64,000 nt of DNA from a virus (Duplodnaviria > Caudoviricetes). This document shows, piece by piece, positions 18,325 through 28,062 of the stretch (its first letter is position 1; each line of letters begins with the position of its first letter). The stretch covers positions 32,001 through 96,000 of the IMG/VR virus record IMGVR_UViG_3300020576_006644; one strand, given 5' to 3'. A program made the translations under genes and the position numbers. The notes under the pieces were generated by a model. That model was not told the origin of the DNA. It worked only from the letters and a program-made list of their open reading frames with translations, and did not search any database.

Positions 18325-19805
18325 ACCCCCGGCCAGAACTGGTGCTGCTTGGTTTTCCACCCGCGAGGATTCTCCACCCACGGGTAGGGGTCGTCCTTGA
18401 TGCGGACCACCTGCGCGCACTCGTAATATTTGGGGAGCGCTGGAGTAGAGCTGCCCATCTGCCCCCCCTGGCGCCCCTTGTCGAAGTAGTAGACGTTCCC
18501 GTGCTGGATGGGGTGCCAGTTGAGGGTCAAGCACCAGTCCGCGATCCGTTTCTTGCGAACAGAATCCGCTGCCTCCTCCCCGGTGAGCACCTTGAACCGT
18601 GCCATGTTCCGGGCGCCCTTGGCCTGGCTGAGCGTGGCCACCACCCGGCAGAGGCTCGGGTTCTCCGTCGGGTCCTCCTGTCCCCCTTTTGCCTGGAAGG
18701 CGAAGTAGGCGTACAGGAGCCCGAAGCCCTGGTAGGTGTTCTGCGTGTCCTTCTTGGCCAGCTTGTCGAGGCCCGGGAAGTCGATCTTGGTGTAGTTGAC
18801 GTGCTCGTCGGCGTCGATGTAGATGAGGTCCGCACGCTGCCCGGCCCGCCGCTCCTCCTCCGCCACGATCTCGAACAGCTCGTTGGCCGTCGTCACCGTC
18901 GACTTGAAGTGGTGGAGCTTCGGGGCCACGATCTGCTTGTTGTCGAGCAGCCACTTGTACCGGACCTGCATCTCCTCGTCCCATTCGGGCTGATCCACCG
19001 CCGCGTCCATCGGCACCCCGGTGAGGTTCGACACCATGCGCAGCACCTCGTCGCCGCGGACCACCTCCCCTGTGAGGTAGATCGCGAACTGCTTGCGCCG
19101 GGCGGCCGAGCAGGCGTGGTGGTTTGCGAGCATGCTCTTGCCCTCCCCCGAGTATCCGACGGCGAAGCCGAACTTTCCCTTCTGCGGACCCCCTCGCATG
19201 AGGCCGTCGAGCTCCGGCACCCCGAACGGCACGCGCGGGAGCCGAGCCAGCGCCAGGGCCCGGCCGATGTCGTCGACAGTGACCGAGCTGTCCCCGAAGG
19301 TAGCCTTCCCGACGCCGACCACGTCCAGCGCCGCGGTCGCGGCTCGCAGCTTGGCGTCGGCGATGTCCCGCCTCTCGGGGTCGTTCGTGGAGCTGGCCTC
19401 CACGGCGTGCTTGACCTGCAGCTGCCGCAGCTGCCGCTTGATGCTGGGTGCCACCTCGGCGACCGCCTGGTCCTCGGCCACCTCGCACGGGGCCGAGACG
19501 AGGTAGTCGTAGCAGGCCGCGGCCCTGGCCCTGGTGATGCGACCCGCCTCGGTGCTCTTTCGCTGCACGCGCTGCAGCACGATCGTGATCCCCCCGCACC
19601 GAGCCGGGTGCCGCCCCTCCTTGGCTATCTCCCCCACCGCCTCGACGATGAGCCGCGCCTCGTCGGCCCCGAGCAGTTCCGCCACCCAGAACTTCCCCGC
19701 CCGCTCCCAAAAGGTCTCGGAGACCACGGCGAGCCGCACCGCCTCGCGCTCCAGCTCGGGGCGCAGCTCGTAGGGGATGCGGGTTGGGTCGGCGGTGAGG
19801 CTCAT
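18321..19805 (-). CDS. DnaB-like replicative helicase
   Basis: VPFGVPELDGLMRGG, Walker A GYSGEGKS, YLTGE, LIYID, TLSQ, ADS..K.RIAD. Confidence 0.88.
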   Translation of the reverse strand: MSLTADPTRIPYELRPELEREAVRLAVVSETFWERAGKFWVAELLGADEARLIVEAVGEIAKEGRHPARCGGITIVLQRVQRKSTEAGRITRARAAACYDYLVSAPCEVAEDQAVAEVAPSIKRQLRQLQVKHAVEASSTNDPERRDIADAKLRAATAALDVVGVGKATFGDSSVTVDDIGRALALARLPRVPFGVPELDGLMRGGPQKGKFGFAVGYSGEGKSMLANHHACSAARRKQFAIYLTGEVVRGDEVLRMVSNLTGVPMDAAVDQPEWDEEMQVRYKWLLDNKQIVAPKLHHFKSTVTTANELFEIVAEEERRAGQRADLIYIDADEHVNYTKIDFPGLDKLAKKDTQNTYQGFGLLYAYFAFQAKGGQEDPTENPSLCRVVATLSQAKGARNMARFKVLTGEEAADSVRKKRIADWCLTLNWHPIQHGNVYYFDKGRQGGQMGSSTPALPKYYECAQVVRIKDDPYPWVENPRGWKTKQHQFWPGV

Positions 19806-19809
19806 GAGG

Positions 19810-20673
19810 TCAGCGCACCATACCCGCGTGGGCCGCCAAAGAACGAGGCTTGACTTCTGCTGGCTTGAGCCAGCAGCCCCACACCCAGGTCCCTTGCTCG
19901 GCCATGGTCGCCATCCGCCGCTCGATGCCCGCCGCCGCGGTTCGCTCCCGCAGGTCCAGCGCTCGCAGGTCTTCGCCGGCAAGGCACGCACCCACCGACC
20001 CGATCGCCCGCTCGCAGCTCTCCCGGTTCGAGAAGCCCAGCCGGTAGATCGCCGCCTCCCGGGCCTTGGCCGCGTCGTAGGCCGGGGTGATGCCTAACTT
20101 CTTCGCCCAGGTCTCCCCAGGCCGGGCGGCGCCGGCGGTGAGGTCTGCGGCGGTGTGGCTGTACACGCGCAGGGTATCCGCCCGCAGGAGCCGACCCGGG
20201 TTAAAGATCGCGCCGATCGCCGGGAAGCTGCCGGAGGGCCGCCAGCTCGTCGCGCCCATCACCCCGAGCTTGGCCGCCACCGACCAGAGCAGCCAGCTGT
20301 GCGGGGCGACCTCGCGCGGCAGCTTCCCACCGCCGACAACTTCCTCCAGCTCGCCCCACGCCTCCCCGGCCATCACCGCAGCGGCGGCCACCAGCTTCCC
20401 GCGCTCGGCCGCCGCCCGGCCCTCCCCCTTCCGGGCGGCCAGGGCCATCATCCGCACGCGCGGCAGGAGCAGCGGCGGGCAGTGCAGCTGCGCGAAGCTG
20501 AGGTATGCCTCGACGAGGAAGGCCACCCGCTGCCCCTCGGTCCAGCTCCTGTCCAGCATCGGTGGGTGCGGGGCGCGGACCACCACCGGGTGCAGCTCAG
20601 GAAGAAGGTCCGGCCAGTGCGCGCGGGCGTACAGCACGGCGTCGGCCCCGACGAGGCGGCTAGAAGTCGTCAT
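19810..20673 (-). CDS. Hypothetical protein
   Basis: Long ORF immediately upstream of the helicase. Confidence 0.6.
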   Translation of the reverse strand: MTTSSRLVGADAVLYARAHWPDLLPELHPVVVRAPHPPMLDRSWTEGQRVAFLVEAYLSFAQLHCPPLLLPRVRMMALAARKGEGRAAAERGKLVAAAAVMAGEAWGELEEVVGGGKLPREVAPHSWLLWSVAAKLGVMGATSWRPSGSFPAIGAIFNPGRLLRADTLRVYSHTAADLTAGAARPGETWAKKLGITPAYDAAKAREAAIYRLGFSNRESCERAIGSVGACLAGEDLRALDLRERTAAAGIERRMATMAEQGTWVWGCWLKPAEVKPRSLAAHAGMVR

Positions 20674-21115
20674 CGTCAAAGTCCTCATCGCTGTCGTCCA
20701 ACTCCCCGTCGTCCTCTAGATCGTCCTCTAGATCGTCGTCTTCATCTTCATCGTCCCAGAGATCGTCGTCGTTGAGCAGGCAGGTGTTGCACTTACTGGA
20801 CATGATGCACCCACCACATACCTCGTCGTCGCAGACACTGCAGACCTCGGTATCCTCATCGTCAAGAAGTTTCTCCCCGCAGCAGTCGCAGTATCTTCCA
20901 GGTTCATCCGTCTCGTCGTCGTCAGCTATTTCCTCGTCTGGGTCTTCGCAGTCCTTGCACTCCCCGAGTGCGCAGCAGCCACGGCAGCAGACCCCGCCGC
21001 ACTCGTGGCACGTCTCAGCCTCCCCCTCTTCGAGGATGTCGCGGCAGCAGGCGCAGGTGGTCGGCTCCCGCTTGCTATTATCGGTGGCCAGCTCCTGACT
21101 CTCCCCGCCGCTCAC
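20660..21115 (-). CDS. Very acidic Cys-rich protein with duplicated zinc-binding unit
   Basis: Two CxxC-x10/11-CxxC-x3-CxxC-x4-CxxC units, each followed by an Asp/Glu tract. Confidence 0.7.
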   Translation of the reverse strand: MSGGESQELATDNSKREPTTCACCRDILEEGEAETCHECGGVCCRGCCALGECKDCEDPDEEIADDDETDEPGRYCDCCGEKLLDDEDTEVCSVCDDEVCGGCIMSSKCNTCLLNDDDLWDDEDEDDDLEDDLEDDGELDDSDEDFDDDDF

Positions 21116-21672
21116 AAGGCACCCCCCTCGACGCTGCGCAGCTTGGCGAAGTGCTTCCAGGCTACCTCCTGCAAAATGACCGCCACCAGTAACTCCGGGC
21201 AGCCTACGGGAACAAAGGACAAGATCCCACCCTCGGAACGGCCGACGAACCACTTTGGGACGGCGCGGCGGCGGGTAGGGCCGCTCGACTTCCCTTCATT
21301 GGGACGCACGTCTTCGATCCGCACGTAGCGGCAGTCGGAGCTGCCGTAGTAGCCCTTGACCACCGGGAGCGCAAGCCGCAGCCGCGCGAGCCGGGGCTTG
21401 GCAGCTGCCGGGTCGACATCGCACAGCCCGCCGGTGACGAGCCGGTTGAAGGCCCGCTCGGTGGTGCGAGCGGAGAAGGCGGCCTTGGCCGACAGCTGCC
21501 CCAGGTCGTAGGTCCCGCCGTCGCGCCAGGCCAGGGCGAAGGCGTCGCACTGCAGCTTCTCGTTGGCGGCCTTGTCGAAGCCTCGCGAGAGCAGGTACTC
21601 CCGCGCCTGCCGCCGCGTCCCGGCCGACAGCCGGAAGCTGACCCCGTTTGTCTTTCCCGTGTACCCGTTCAT
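21112..21672 (-). CDS. Hypothetical protein, possible winged HTH
   Basis: LGQLSAKAAFSARTTERAFNRLVTGGL; AAGGAGG RBS. Confidence 0.55.
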   Translation of the reverse strand: MNGYTGKTNGVSFRLSAGTRRQAREYLLSRGFDKAANEKLQCDAFALAWRDGGTYDLGQLSAKAAFSARTTERAFNRLVTGGLCDVDPAAAKPRLARLRLALPVVKGYYGSSDCRYVRIEDVRPNEGKSSGPTRRRAVPKWFVGRSEGGILSFVPVGCPELLVAVILQEVAWKHFAKLRSVEGGAL

Positions 21673-21683
21673 CGTCCCCTCCT

Positions 21684-23153
21684 TTATCTGGAAAACAGCT
21701 CGCAGTTGTCGCAGTTCCCGCAGGGCTTTCCGGCCTCCTCGCTGAAGTAGGAGCGCAGGAGCTGCGAGCGGCACCTTCGGGAGCGCAGGAACTCGTCGAG
21801 CTGCCGCAGGAGCCCGAGCTGCCGCTCCTTGCTCTGCTCGAACTTGTCCTCGGTAAACCCGTACCTCTCGGAGTACCTGTTCTGGGTGAGGTCCTTCCCC
21901 GAGGTGATGAGCCACTTGCGGGTCCGGTAGTCCTTCCCCGAGTCGTACAGCGCCACGGCCACCGACGGCTTGCCATCCCGGCCCCCGCGCCCGGCCATCT
22001 GGTAGAAGTCCTCGATGCTCTTGGGCAGCCCGTGCATGACGACCACTCGCACGTCGCTCCGGTCCACCCCCATCCCGAAGGCGCAGGTGGCCACCACCAC
22101 GTCGAGCTTCTTGCCGAAGAACAGCTCCTCGACCTCCCGCCGCTGACCCTTGCCCGTCATCCCGGCGTGGTAGTGTCGCGCCTCCCGGCCCTGCCGACGC
22201 AGGTAGTCGGCGATGTCCTCAGCATCCTGGCGCCGGAGCGTGTAGACGATCCCCGCCCCGCCGGCCGCAAGGTGCTTGTCGAGCAGGTTCCGAACCGCGA
22301 TGATCTTGCTGCCCCCCTCGCAAGCGCGGACGCGGTAGCTGAGGTTTGGGCGGTCGCAGGACAGTCGGATCACCCGCGCGTTGCGCATCCTGAAGCGCTC
22401 GCGGATGTCTTCGACGGTGTCCTCTGTGGCGCTCGCCGTCATGGCGATCCACTGCGTCTGCATTCCGATGTTGCGCCGGTCGAGCAGGTCGCGGGCGAAG
22501 CGATAGGCCGGACGGTACGATAACCCGGCCTCATGCCCAGCAACGTGGCACTCATCCAGAGCGACGAGCCACGGGGGGTTCGCTCGAAGTTGCGCGGCAA
22601 AGCGCGGGTCGTCGAAGCGCTCCGGCGCCGCGTAGATGAGGGAAGCCCCCGGCATGGCGGCAATGGCGACAGTCAGCTCTCCTGGGGTGTACTGCGAGGT
22701 GATGGCGATTGCCGGGATGCCACGGTCTAGCGCCTGCGTCACCTGATCCCGCATGAGCGAGATGAGCGGGGACATCACCAAAACTGGCCTGTCCACCCGC
22801 ATCACCGATGGCACCTGGAAGCAGGCCGTCTTGCCAAACGATGTGGGCGCTATGCCTACAATGTCCTCACCCGCCACCACGGCGTCGATGATCTGCTGCT
22901 GCCCCGGCCGGAACCGGGGGAAGCCCCACACACTGCGCAGCGCCGACAGCGGATCGGAGAACGGTCCCGGCTTTGGCGGCAGCTCCAGCGAGAAAACCGG
23001 CTCCGCTGGTGGCGCTGCCGCCGCTTTCTTGGCCTTCGGTGCCTTGACCGCCAAGCCCGACCCGCCGCAGGCCGGGCAGCTCGCCATGAGCAGGGGGTTC
23101 CCCGCACACTGGAGGCATTTTTTGCGGGAGGCTGCTGGCTTGGTGGCGGTCAC
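21684..23153 (-). CDS. recQ: RecQ helicase
   Basis: FRPGQ, PTSFGKT, DECH, TASA, AFGMGVDRSDVR, YQMAGRGGRDG, C-terminal CR...CGNCDNC. Confidence 0.95.
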   Translation of the reverse strand: MTATKPAASRKKCLQCAGNPLLMASCPACGGSGLAVKAPKAKKAAAAPPAEPVFSLELPPKPGPFSDPLSALRSVWGFPRFRPGQQQIIDAVVAGEDIVGIAPTSFGKTACFQVPSVMRVDRPVLVMSPLISLMRDQVTQALDRGIPAIAITSQYTPGELTVAIAAMPGASLIYAAPERFDDPRFAAQLRANPPWLVALDECHVAGHEAGLSYRPAYRFARDLLDRRNIGMQTQWIAMTASATEDTVEDIRERFRMRNARVIRLSCDRPNLSYRVRACEGGSKIIAVRNLLDKHLAAGGAGIVYTLRRQDAEDIADYLRRQGREARHYHAGMTGKGQRREVEELFFGKKLDVVVATCAFGMGVDRSDVRVVVMHGLPKSIEDFYQMAGRGGRDGKPSVAVALYDSGKDYRTRKWLITSGKDLTQNRYSERYGFTEDKFEQSKERQLGLLRQLDEFLRSRRCRSQLLRSYFSEEAGKPCGNCDNCELFSR

Positions 23154-23161
23154 AGTTGTCC

Positions 23162-23419
23162 CTATTTATTCAGCAGCAAGCAGATTCGTTTACTAATCCA
23201 CATAGAGCTGACTCGCCGCCATCCGCTGGACTTGTACTTTTCAATCAACAGATCGGCCATTTTTTCATCGGTTGAAGCGAGAGAGACAGTCCGTTTACCC
23301 AGCGCGAGGGCCTTGTTAACGCGCGCTATTTCTTCGTTTATCCGCTTGCTAGAAACGGCTGCTTTCTCTGCCGCGTCCGGTGAATACGCAGCCACCTTTT
23401 TCACACGTTTTGGGGTCAT
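23162..23419 (-). CDS. Hypothetical protein
   Basis: 85-aa basic ORF after an SOS box. Confidence 0.55.
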   Translation of the reverse strand: MTPKRVKKVAAYSPDAAEKAAVSSKRINEEIARVNKALALGKRTVSLASTDEKMADLLIEKYKSSGWRRVSSMWISKRICLLLNK

Positions 23420-23476
23420 CGAGTTCCAGCTATCTCATCCGATCGCCACGACCCGCAAGCCGGGACGTTTGTTCAG

Positions 23477-23878
23477 CTACCAGCAACCGCCGGTGCAAAC
23501 CGAAGGATTCTTAGCCTTGCAGTAAGGGCGGTGATTCACGGCGATATCGTCATCCCGCCGCTTCTTCAGCTCCGCCAAGCAGGCCCCACACTTAGTGACC
23601 GCGTCCTTCCCGCCGATCAGGTCCGCCAGCTTGTGGCCACAGGGAAGCCCGGTCCCTTCCAGCTTGGTCAGCCACTCGTCGGCGATCTTGATAATGGATT
23701 CCGGGGTCTTCTTCTGCAGATCGACAATCTCGTTTTCTAAAGCGAGAATTTCGCAGTCGGCGTGATGTGGGAATGGATCTGGCTGCGGGTGTACTGCACC
23801 AGTTAGCTTCCGACACACCGTGCACAAGTACCCGCGGAAGTCACCACTTCCCCACCGGGTTTCTACAACGATCTTCAT
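23477..23878 (-). CDS. Hypothetical Cys/His-rich protein
   Basis: 133-aa ORF with RBS. Confidence 0.55.
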   Translation of the reverse strand: MKIVVETRWGSGDFRGYLCTVCRKLTGAVHPQPDPFPHHADCEILALENEIVDLQKKTPESIIKIADEWLTKLEGTGLPCGHKLADLIGGKDAVTKCGACLAELKKRRDDDIAVNHRPYCKAKNPSVCTGGCW

Positions 23879-23889
23879 GAGTCGAACTC

Positions 23890-24729
23890 CTATACAAGCC
23901 CCGGCGGCAGCTCGACGACCACATCCTCACCTTCGAGGAAGTCCAGGTTGAACAGACCCCACGGGGCGTAGACCGCGAGATTTATCTTCGCGATGATGAC
24001 CATCACCTCGTCGATGTCCTGCCCGTACAGGCGCAAGCAGCGGTTGCTCGCGTGCAGCAGCATCCGGGCCGAGCCCATGGCCGGGTCGCAGACGCTCTTG
24101 GGTCGCGTGTCCTCCCGGCCGCCGATCTGCGTCCGCACCATGAGCTCGCAGATGGGATGCGGGGTCGGGAAGAACTTGTGCGGGCCGCCGCCGTAGCGGA
24201 TGGCGCCGAGCTCACCCAGGTAGTCGCTCGGCCGGCGCAGCCATTGCCCGAGGTCCACCTGACGGTACAGCTGCTCGGACAGATCGTCGGAGAGCCCAGG
24301 GTCCGCGCTGTGGACGCCCAGACCCCAGCCGAGGAACCGGGCGAAGTCCCGGTAGCTCGTCCACTGCCCGCCGCTCTTGTCGCACAGCTCCAGCCACTTT
24401 TCCGTCTGCCGCAGCACCGCAGGGTCGGCGTTATCAAAGTCGACCTGCGGGATGGGGTCGCCGGGCAGTCCGCGCAGATCGACGACCCGGGCGAGGTAGC
24501 CCCACCTGTCGGGGAAGCCGGTCTGGCTCCCGGCCTCGGCGTGCAGCGCCTGGACCAGCAGCCGCAGCCACCCCTTGAGCCGCCAGGGCTTCACCTCGTC
24601 GCCGATCATCGGCATGCGCCCGGTCCGCAGGAGGTGCCCGACGGCAGATAAGGGGTCCGCGCCGAGAGCAATTGCTGTGGCGGTCAGCTGGGCCTGGGCG
24701 GTGATCTGCTCAATCATTTCTCCGCGCAC
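23890..24729 (-). CDS. N6-adenine methyltransferase-like protein (HsdM-like, lacks NPPY)
   Basis: FFPTP, VCDPAMGSARML, LYGQDID; ORF ends before motif IV. Confidence 0.65.
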   Translation of the reverse strand: MRGEMIEQITAQAQLTATAIALGADPLSAVGHLLRTGRMPMIGDEVKPWRLKGWLRLLVQALHAEAGSQTGFPDRWGYLARVVDLRGLPGDPIPQVDFDNADPAVLRQTEKWLELCDKSGGQWTSYRDFARFLGWGLGVHSADPGLSDDLSEQLYRQVDLGQWLRRPSDYLGELGAIRYGGGPHKFFPTPHPICELMVRTQIGGREDTRPKSVCDPAMGSARMLLHASNRCLRLYGQDIDEVMVIIAKINLAVYAPWGLFNLDFLEGEDVVVELPPGLV

Positions 24730-24980
24730 CCTTCTGCCGGCAGCGCCGGCGCCTGCTTGAAAGCCACCCCGGCCTTTATCCCCTCGCGGCCCGCAAGAAA
24801 GATGTCCATCTCCCTTAAGACCGTCTCCTCCATCTCTCCGTGGCAGTAGGCCCGAAAGACGTAGGTAGTCCGCAGGATTCCAGCCGCATGCTGGGTGAAC
24901 AGGTCGACCTGCCTCCCGCAGCGCCCGCAGGTCGGGATAGGGAGCATGCAGCTCTCGGGGAGCGGTTCGAGGTGGAGCAT
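24714..24980 (-). CDS. Hypothetical protein
   Basis: CxxC...CHG; packed in operon. Confidence 0.5.
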   Translation of the reverse strand: MLHLEPLPESCMLPIPTCGRCGRQVDLFTQHAAGILRTTYVFRAYCHGEMEETVLREMDIFLAGREGIKAGVAFKQAPALPAEGCAEK

Positions 24981-24984
24981 CGGG

Positions 24985-25362
24985 CTACTTGACCTCGGCC
25001 CCCAGCTTGAACTCCACCGCATGCTCGGTCACTTTCCCGTCCACCACGCGCAACCCGCTGTGGCTGTCTCCGTCCTCCCAGGTCAGCAGCAGGTCTGCCG
25101 AACCCCAGGTGGCGGCGAGCGCCTTGCGCAGGTTGTCCTCGCTGCGGCCAGAACCCTCGCCGCGCCAGCGCACCCGGGTTATCTCCAGCTCCTCGGTCCG
25201 CCCCGGCAGTTCTTCGACCTCTATGACGCTTCCATCGTCCTCAAGGAAGTTTGCCTCGGGCAGCTGGCCCTCCAGCTCGTCACGCAACTTTTTGCGTACC
25301 TGCGCGTTTATGCGCAGCCGCTCCTCGCCCAGGTAGTCGATGCTTCCGATGTTGTAGGCCAT
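24985..25362 (-). CDS. Hypothetical protein
   Basis: 125-aa ORF with AAGGAG RBS. Confidence 0.65.
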   Translation of the reverse strand: MAYNIGSIDYLGEERLRINAQVRKKLRDELEGQLPEANFLEDDGSVIEVEELPGRTEELEITRVRWRGEGSGRSEDNLRKALAATWGSADLLLTWEDGDSHSGLRVVDGKVTEHAVEFKLGAEVK

Positions 25363-25376
25363 GGCCTTCTCCTTGT

Positions 25377-25958
25377 TCAGAACAGGTTCTGCTGCGCTGG
25401 CGCCGGCTTCTGCAGCTCGCCAATCGGGATGTGGATTTTTATCGGCGCTGCCGAGTTCCGCCAGGTGTGAGCCGTGCCCCCGTCTGCAGGAACCGACCCG
25501 CGGCCGAAGGTCTGAGCAATTACAATGTCAACCACACCCACTCGAAGGTTGCGCGCGTAAAAGCCATCATCGTGGAAAAACTGTGCGCCATTCTCATCGG
25601 CGTCAGAAAGATCCTCAAAGCTGCTCTGCCGACCCACCGCTTGCAGGACATGCGAAAAGTTCTTGTGATAGTAGGTCGCCGTGTTGCCCACGTCGGTATT
25701 TGGATAACTGACGGTCCCGCGCGAACCCCACACCGCGCACGGGAACCACAGCGTCAAGCTGTCCACCTCCCCCGCGAGCCACAAGTCTACAGCGCAGTGG
25801 TCCCCATAAGGAGCGCCGCCGCTCACCAGATCCCACGGGCGCGGGATGTTTTGCAGCTGCTGGCGGACCACATCTACCATCCCGAGATAGATCGGGTAGC
25901 TGAGCCGCGCCGCATCCGTCTTCCGCCCCGCGGTGCCAATGACAGCTACGCGGGTCAT
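25377..25958 (-). CDS. SLOG-superfamily (DprA/YspA-like Rossmannoid) protein
   Basis: RVAVIGTAGR, LVSGGAPYGD, YARN, GGTAHT. Confidence 0.7.
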   Translation of the reverse strand: MTRVAVIGTAGRKTDAARLSYPIYLGMVDVVRQQLQNIPRPWDLVSGGAPYGDHCAVDLWLAGEVDSLTLWFPCAVWGSRGTVSYPNTDVGNTATYYHKNFSHVLQAVGRQSSFEDLSDADENGAQFFHDDGFYARNLRVGVVDIVIAQTFGRGSVPADGGTAHTWRNSAAPIKIHIPIGELQKPAPAQQNLF

Positions 25959-26197
25959 GAGTTCGGCACTTCCGGCGCGTCAGCCCTCCGGGACGGCACC
26001 ACGCGCAGCCGCAGCTTGCACGGGCCGCCATGCGCTCCAGCTGGTATCGACATGTTGACGAACCCGTGGTAGCGGCGGAACTTCCACCAGTGCAGCCAGC
26101 GGCCGAGCTGCCACCACCGCGGCTCCCAGACCTGGACCCGCTGCGGACCCGACCCGGTGAGCAGCTCTACACCGTCCCAATCGGTTTTCTTGGTCAC
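25955..26197 (-). CDS. Hypothetical Trp-rich protein
   Basis: GTGA/ATGA overlaps with neighbours. Confidence 0.5.
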   Translation of the reverse strand: MTKKTDWDGVELLTGSGPQRVQVWEPRWWQLGRWLHWWKFRRYHGFVNMSIPAGAHGGPCKLRLRVVPSRRADAPEVPNS

Positions 26198-26724
26198 TTC
26201 CAATCCTCCGGCGGCGGAACGGGACCAAACCACGGCCCGCTGACATCTTCCACGGACCGCACGACACCGCCATGCAGGAAGACGAGTCGGTTGCTGGACG
26301 GGGCAACCTCCCAAAGCCGGTGCTGCCGCCAGTACCAGCCCGCTTCGGTCGGCACCTCGACGCGCGGGTAGAGCGGCTTCTCATACTGCACCACGACCTT
26401 GGGCACCTCCCCGGTCAGCTTCTTCTCGACCCGATCGAGCGCCTCCATGAACGTGGCGATGGCACCGGGATTACGGAAAGCCAGCACCACGAGAGGACTG
26501 TGCGAGGAGGTTGCTTCTCGGGGTACTAGTTTGCCGGGCTCTCCTGGTTCGCGGAGCGGGACCAGCTCAACACCTGGAATCTGCGGCGCGTTCTCCGGGT
26601 CGAGCGGGTCCTTGCACCAGCAGTTACCGACGCGAACCATCCGGTCGCCAAGGATGACGACAACCCCGACGAGATCACCGCCGTCCTCCTTACCGCCGAC
26701 GAAGAAAGTGGGCGGAACGGTCAC
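26194..26724 (-). CDS. Hypothetical protein
   Basis: C-terminal PTEAGWYW...GPWFGPVPPP motif common in phage ORFs. Confidence 0.65.
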   Translation of the reverse strand: MTVPPTFFVGGKEDGGDLVGVVVILGDRMVRVGNCWCKDPLDPENAPQIPGVELVPLREPGEPGKLVPREATSSHSPLVVLAFRNPGAIATFMEALDRVEKKLTGEVPKVVVQYEKPLYPRVEVPTEAGWYWRQHRLWEVAPSSNRLVFLHGGVVRSVEDVSGPWFGPVPPPEDWK

Positions 26725-27071
26725 GACGACTTCCTTTTTATGGCGGTTATTCCGCGACCAACAGGCACGCCGCGAAGCTGCGCAGAGAAGCCGGCCATCA
26801 GACGGTCAACCGAGGCGTCCGCTTCTTCTGCAATCTTGTTGAGCCCAGCGTCGTCCGCCACGTCCTTGTAATCCCGCTCCAGCTTCTTGAGAGGAACGCT
26901 GCGGCGGACATTGACGCGGCCGACGCGCCGCAGCCGCACCACATCCCCCTTACGGCTGGTGTCCAGGGCGTAGACGTACCAGACGAGCCCTTGCAGGTCT
27001 TCCTTGTACTTACCCAAATGCTTCTGGGCCGCCGGGTCCTTGGCGAGCCACGCCGGGCTAGAGCTTTCCAT
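26721..27071 (-). CDS. Hypothetical protein
   Basis: 116-aa ORF in operon. Confidence 0.6.
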   Translation of the reverse strand: MESSSPAWLAKDPAAQKHLGKYKEDLQGLVWYVYALDTSRKGDVVRLRRVGRVNVRRSVPLKKLERDYKDVADDAGLNKIAEEADASVDRLMAGFSAQLRGVPVGRGITAIKRKSS

Positions 27072-27390
27072 CGCGAATCTCCTGGGCGAGCTGGGCCTGC
27101 AGCATCATCTCGATGGCGCTGAAGTCGGTCTCCATGACGACCTTCCCCACAAAGCGGTCGACGCCCGGATCGAACCCAGGAACGAAGAGGCCGCCCTTGA
27201 GGCGGAGTTGGTCGATCGGTAGGTACTGACGGACCACGGCCTCCTTGGTCGTGAACCGGCTCGCCAGCGCCGCCCGCACCCGGGCAGCGATTGCCGGGTC
27301 CTGGTAGGCGACCCAATACGTGGTTCCCACGAACAGCTCGACCGCGCCGGGCCGACAGAGCGTCCCGACCGGATAGTGCATCACCTGCAT
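27058..27390 (-). CDS. Hypothetical protein with PolA motif-A-like C-terminal segment
   Basis: RBS AGGAGG; VVMETDFSAIEMML. Confidence 0.6.
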   Translation of the reverse strand: MQVMHYPVGTLCRPGAVELFVGTTYWVAYQDPAIAARVRAALASRFTTKEAVVRQYLPIDQLRLKGGLFVPGFDPGVDRFVGKVVMETDFSAIEMMLQAQLAQEIRDGKL

Positions 27391-27454
27391 GGTTTGTCCC
27401 TCCTGGGGAAGATCTGCTCAGATCACGGTCGGGCTGGCAATACTGGACGTTCGG

Positions 27455-27991
27455 TCAGGCCTGACTGTTCGGCGGGGCCCATACCAAGGCGAAAGAGTCA
27501 AGTGCCTGCGCCTGCCTGTCGGTGGTCTTACCTGCGCAGGCTGAGTGCATCCGATAAAAGGCGCAGCGCACACGGATAGCAGGATCATGTGGGGTGACGG
27601 ACACAGTACGAACAGGCTTATCGCGCAACGGCAATGCGCACACCGGACACGCGCCGTCTAATCCCGGTTCATGGGTCGGAACTTCCTGATCAGGGCAGTC
27701 AAAATAGCCGATACTCGGCTCGACCTTGTAGGGTTTGGTCAAAAGGATCGAGGTCAGCACGTAACCTTTGCCGTTTTGCTCCAAGCCCCAACTCAAGCTG
27801 TCGTTGTCGAGCACTACTTCAGTGTAGTGTCCGCACTCATCGGCTTTAATGCGGTCAGTCCTGGTGCCCGACCACCACCGCCCGCGAGCACGCCAGAAGA
27901 CGTACTCACTGTTCGCCACCGCCCGTAAATGGTCCTCTATTTTGTGCTGCCTTTTGGGTCCGAAATAATTCTCCACATACGCGCAAGCCAT
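27455..27991 (-). CDS. Hypothetical protein
   Basis: 178-aa ORF, lower GC, CPVC...HSAC. Confidence 0.55.
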   Translation of the reverse strand: MACAYVENYFGPKRQHKIEDHLRAVANSEYVFWRARGRWWSGTRTDRIKADECGHYTEVVLDNDSLSWGLEQNGKGYVLTSILLTKPYKVEPSIGYFDCPDQEVPTHEPGLDGACPVCALPLRDKPVRTVSVTPHDPAIRVRCAFYRMHSACAGKTTDRQAQALDSFALVWAPPNSQA

Positions 27992-28062
27992 GGTTCACCT
28001 CTGGATGTTAAGGACGCGATCGGGGCAGAAATTGGCGAAAATATTTTAGTGATCTCGTTCGG

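Noticed and set aside
12942-19853. Long plus-strand ORFs (12942-14315, 14328-16094, 18342-19853) and similar shadows elsewhere
   Set aside because: Antisense shadows of GC3-rich real genes; no motifs or RBS.
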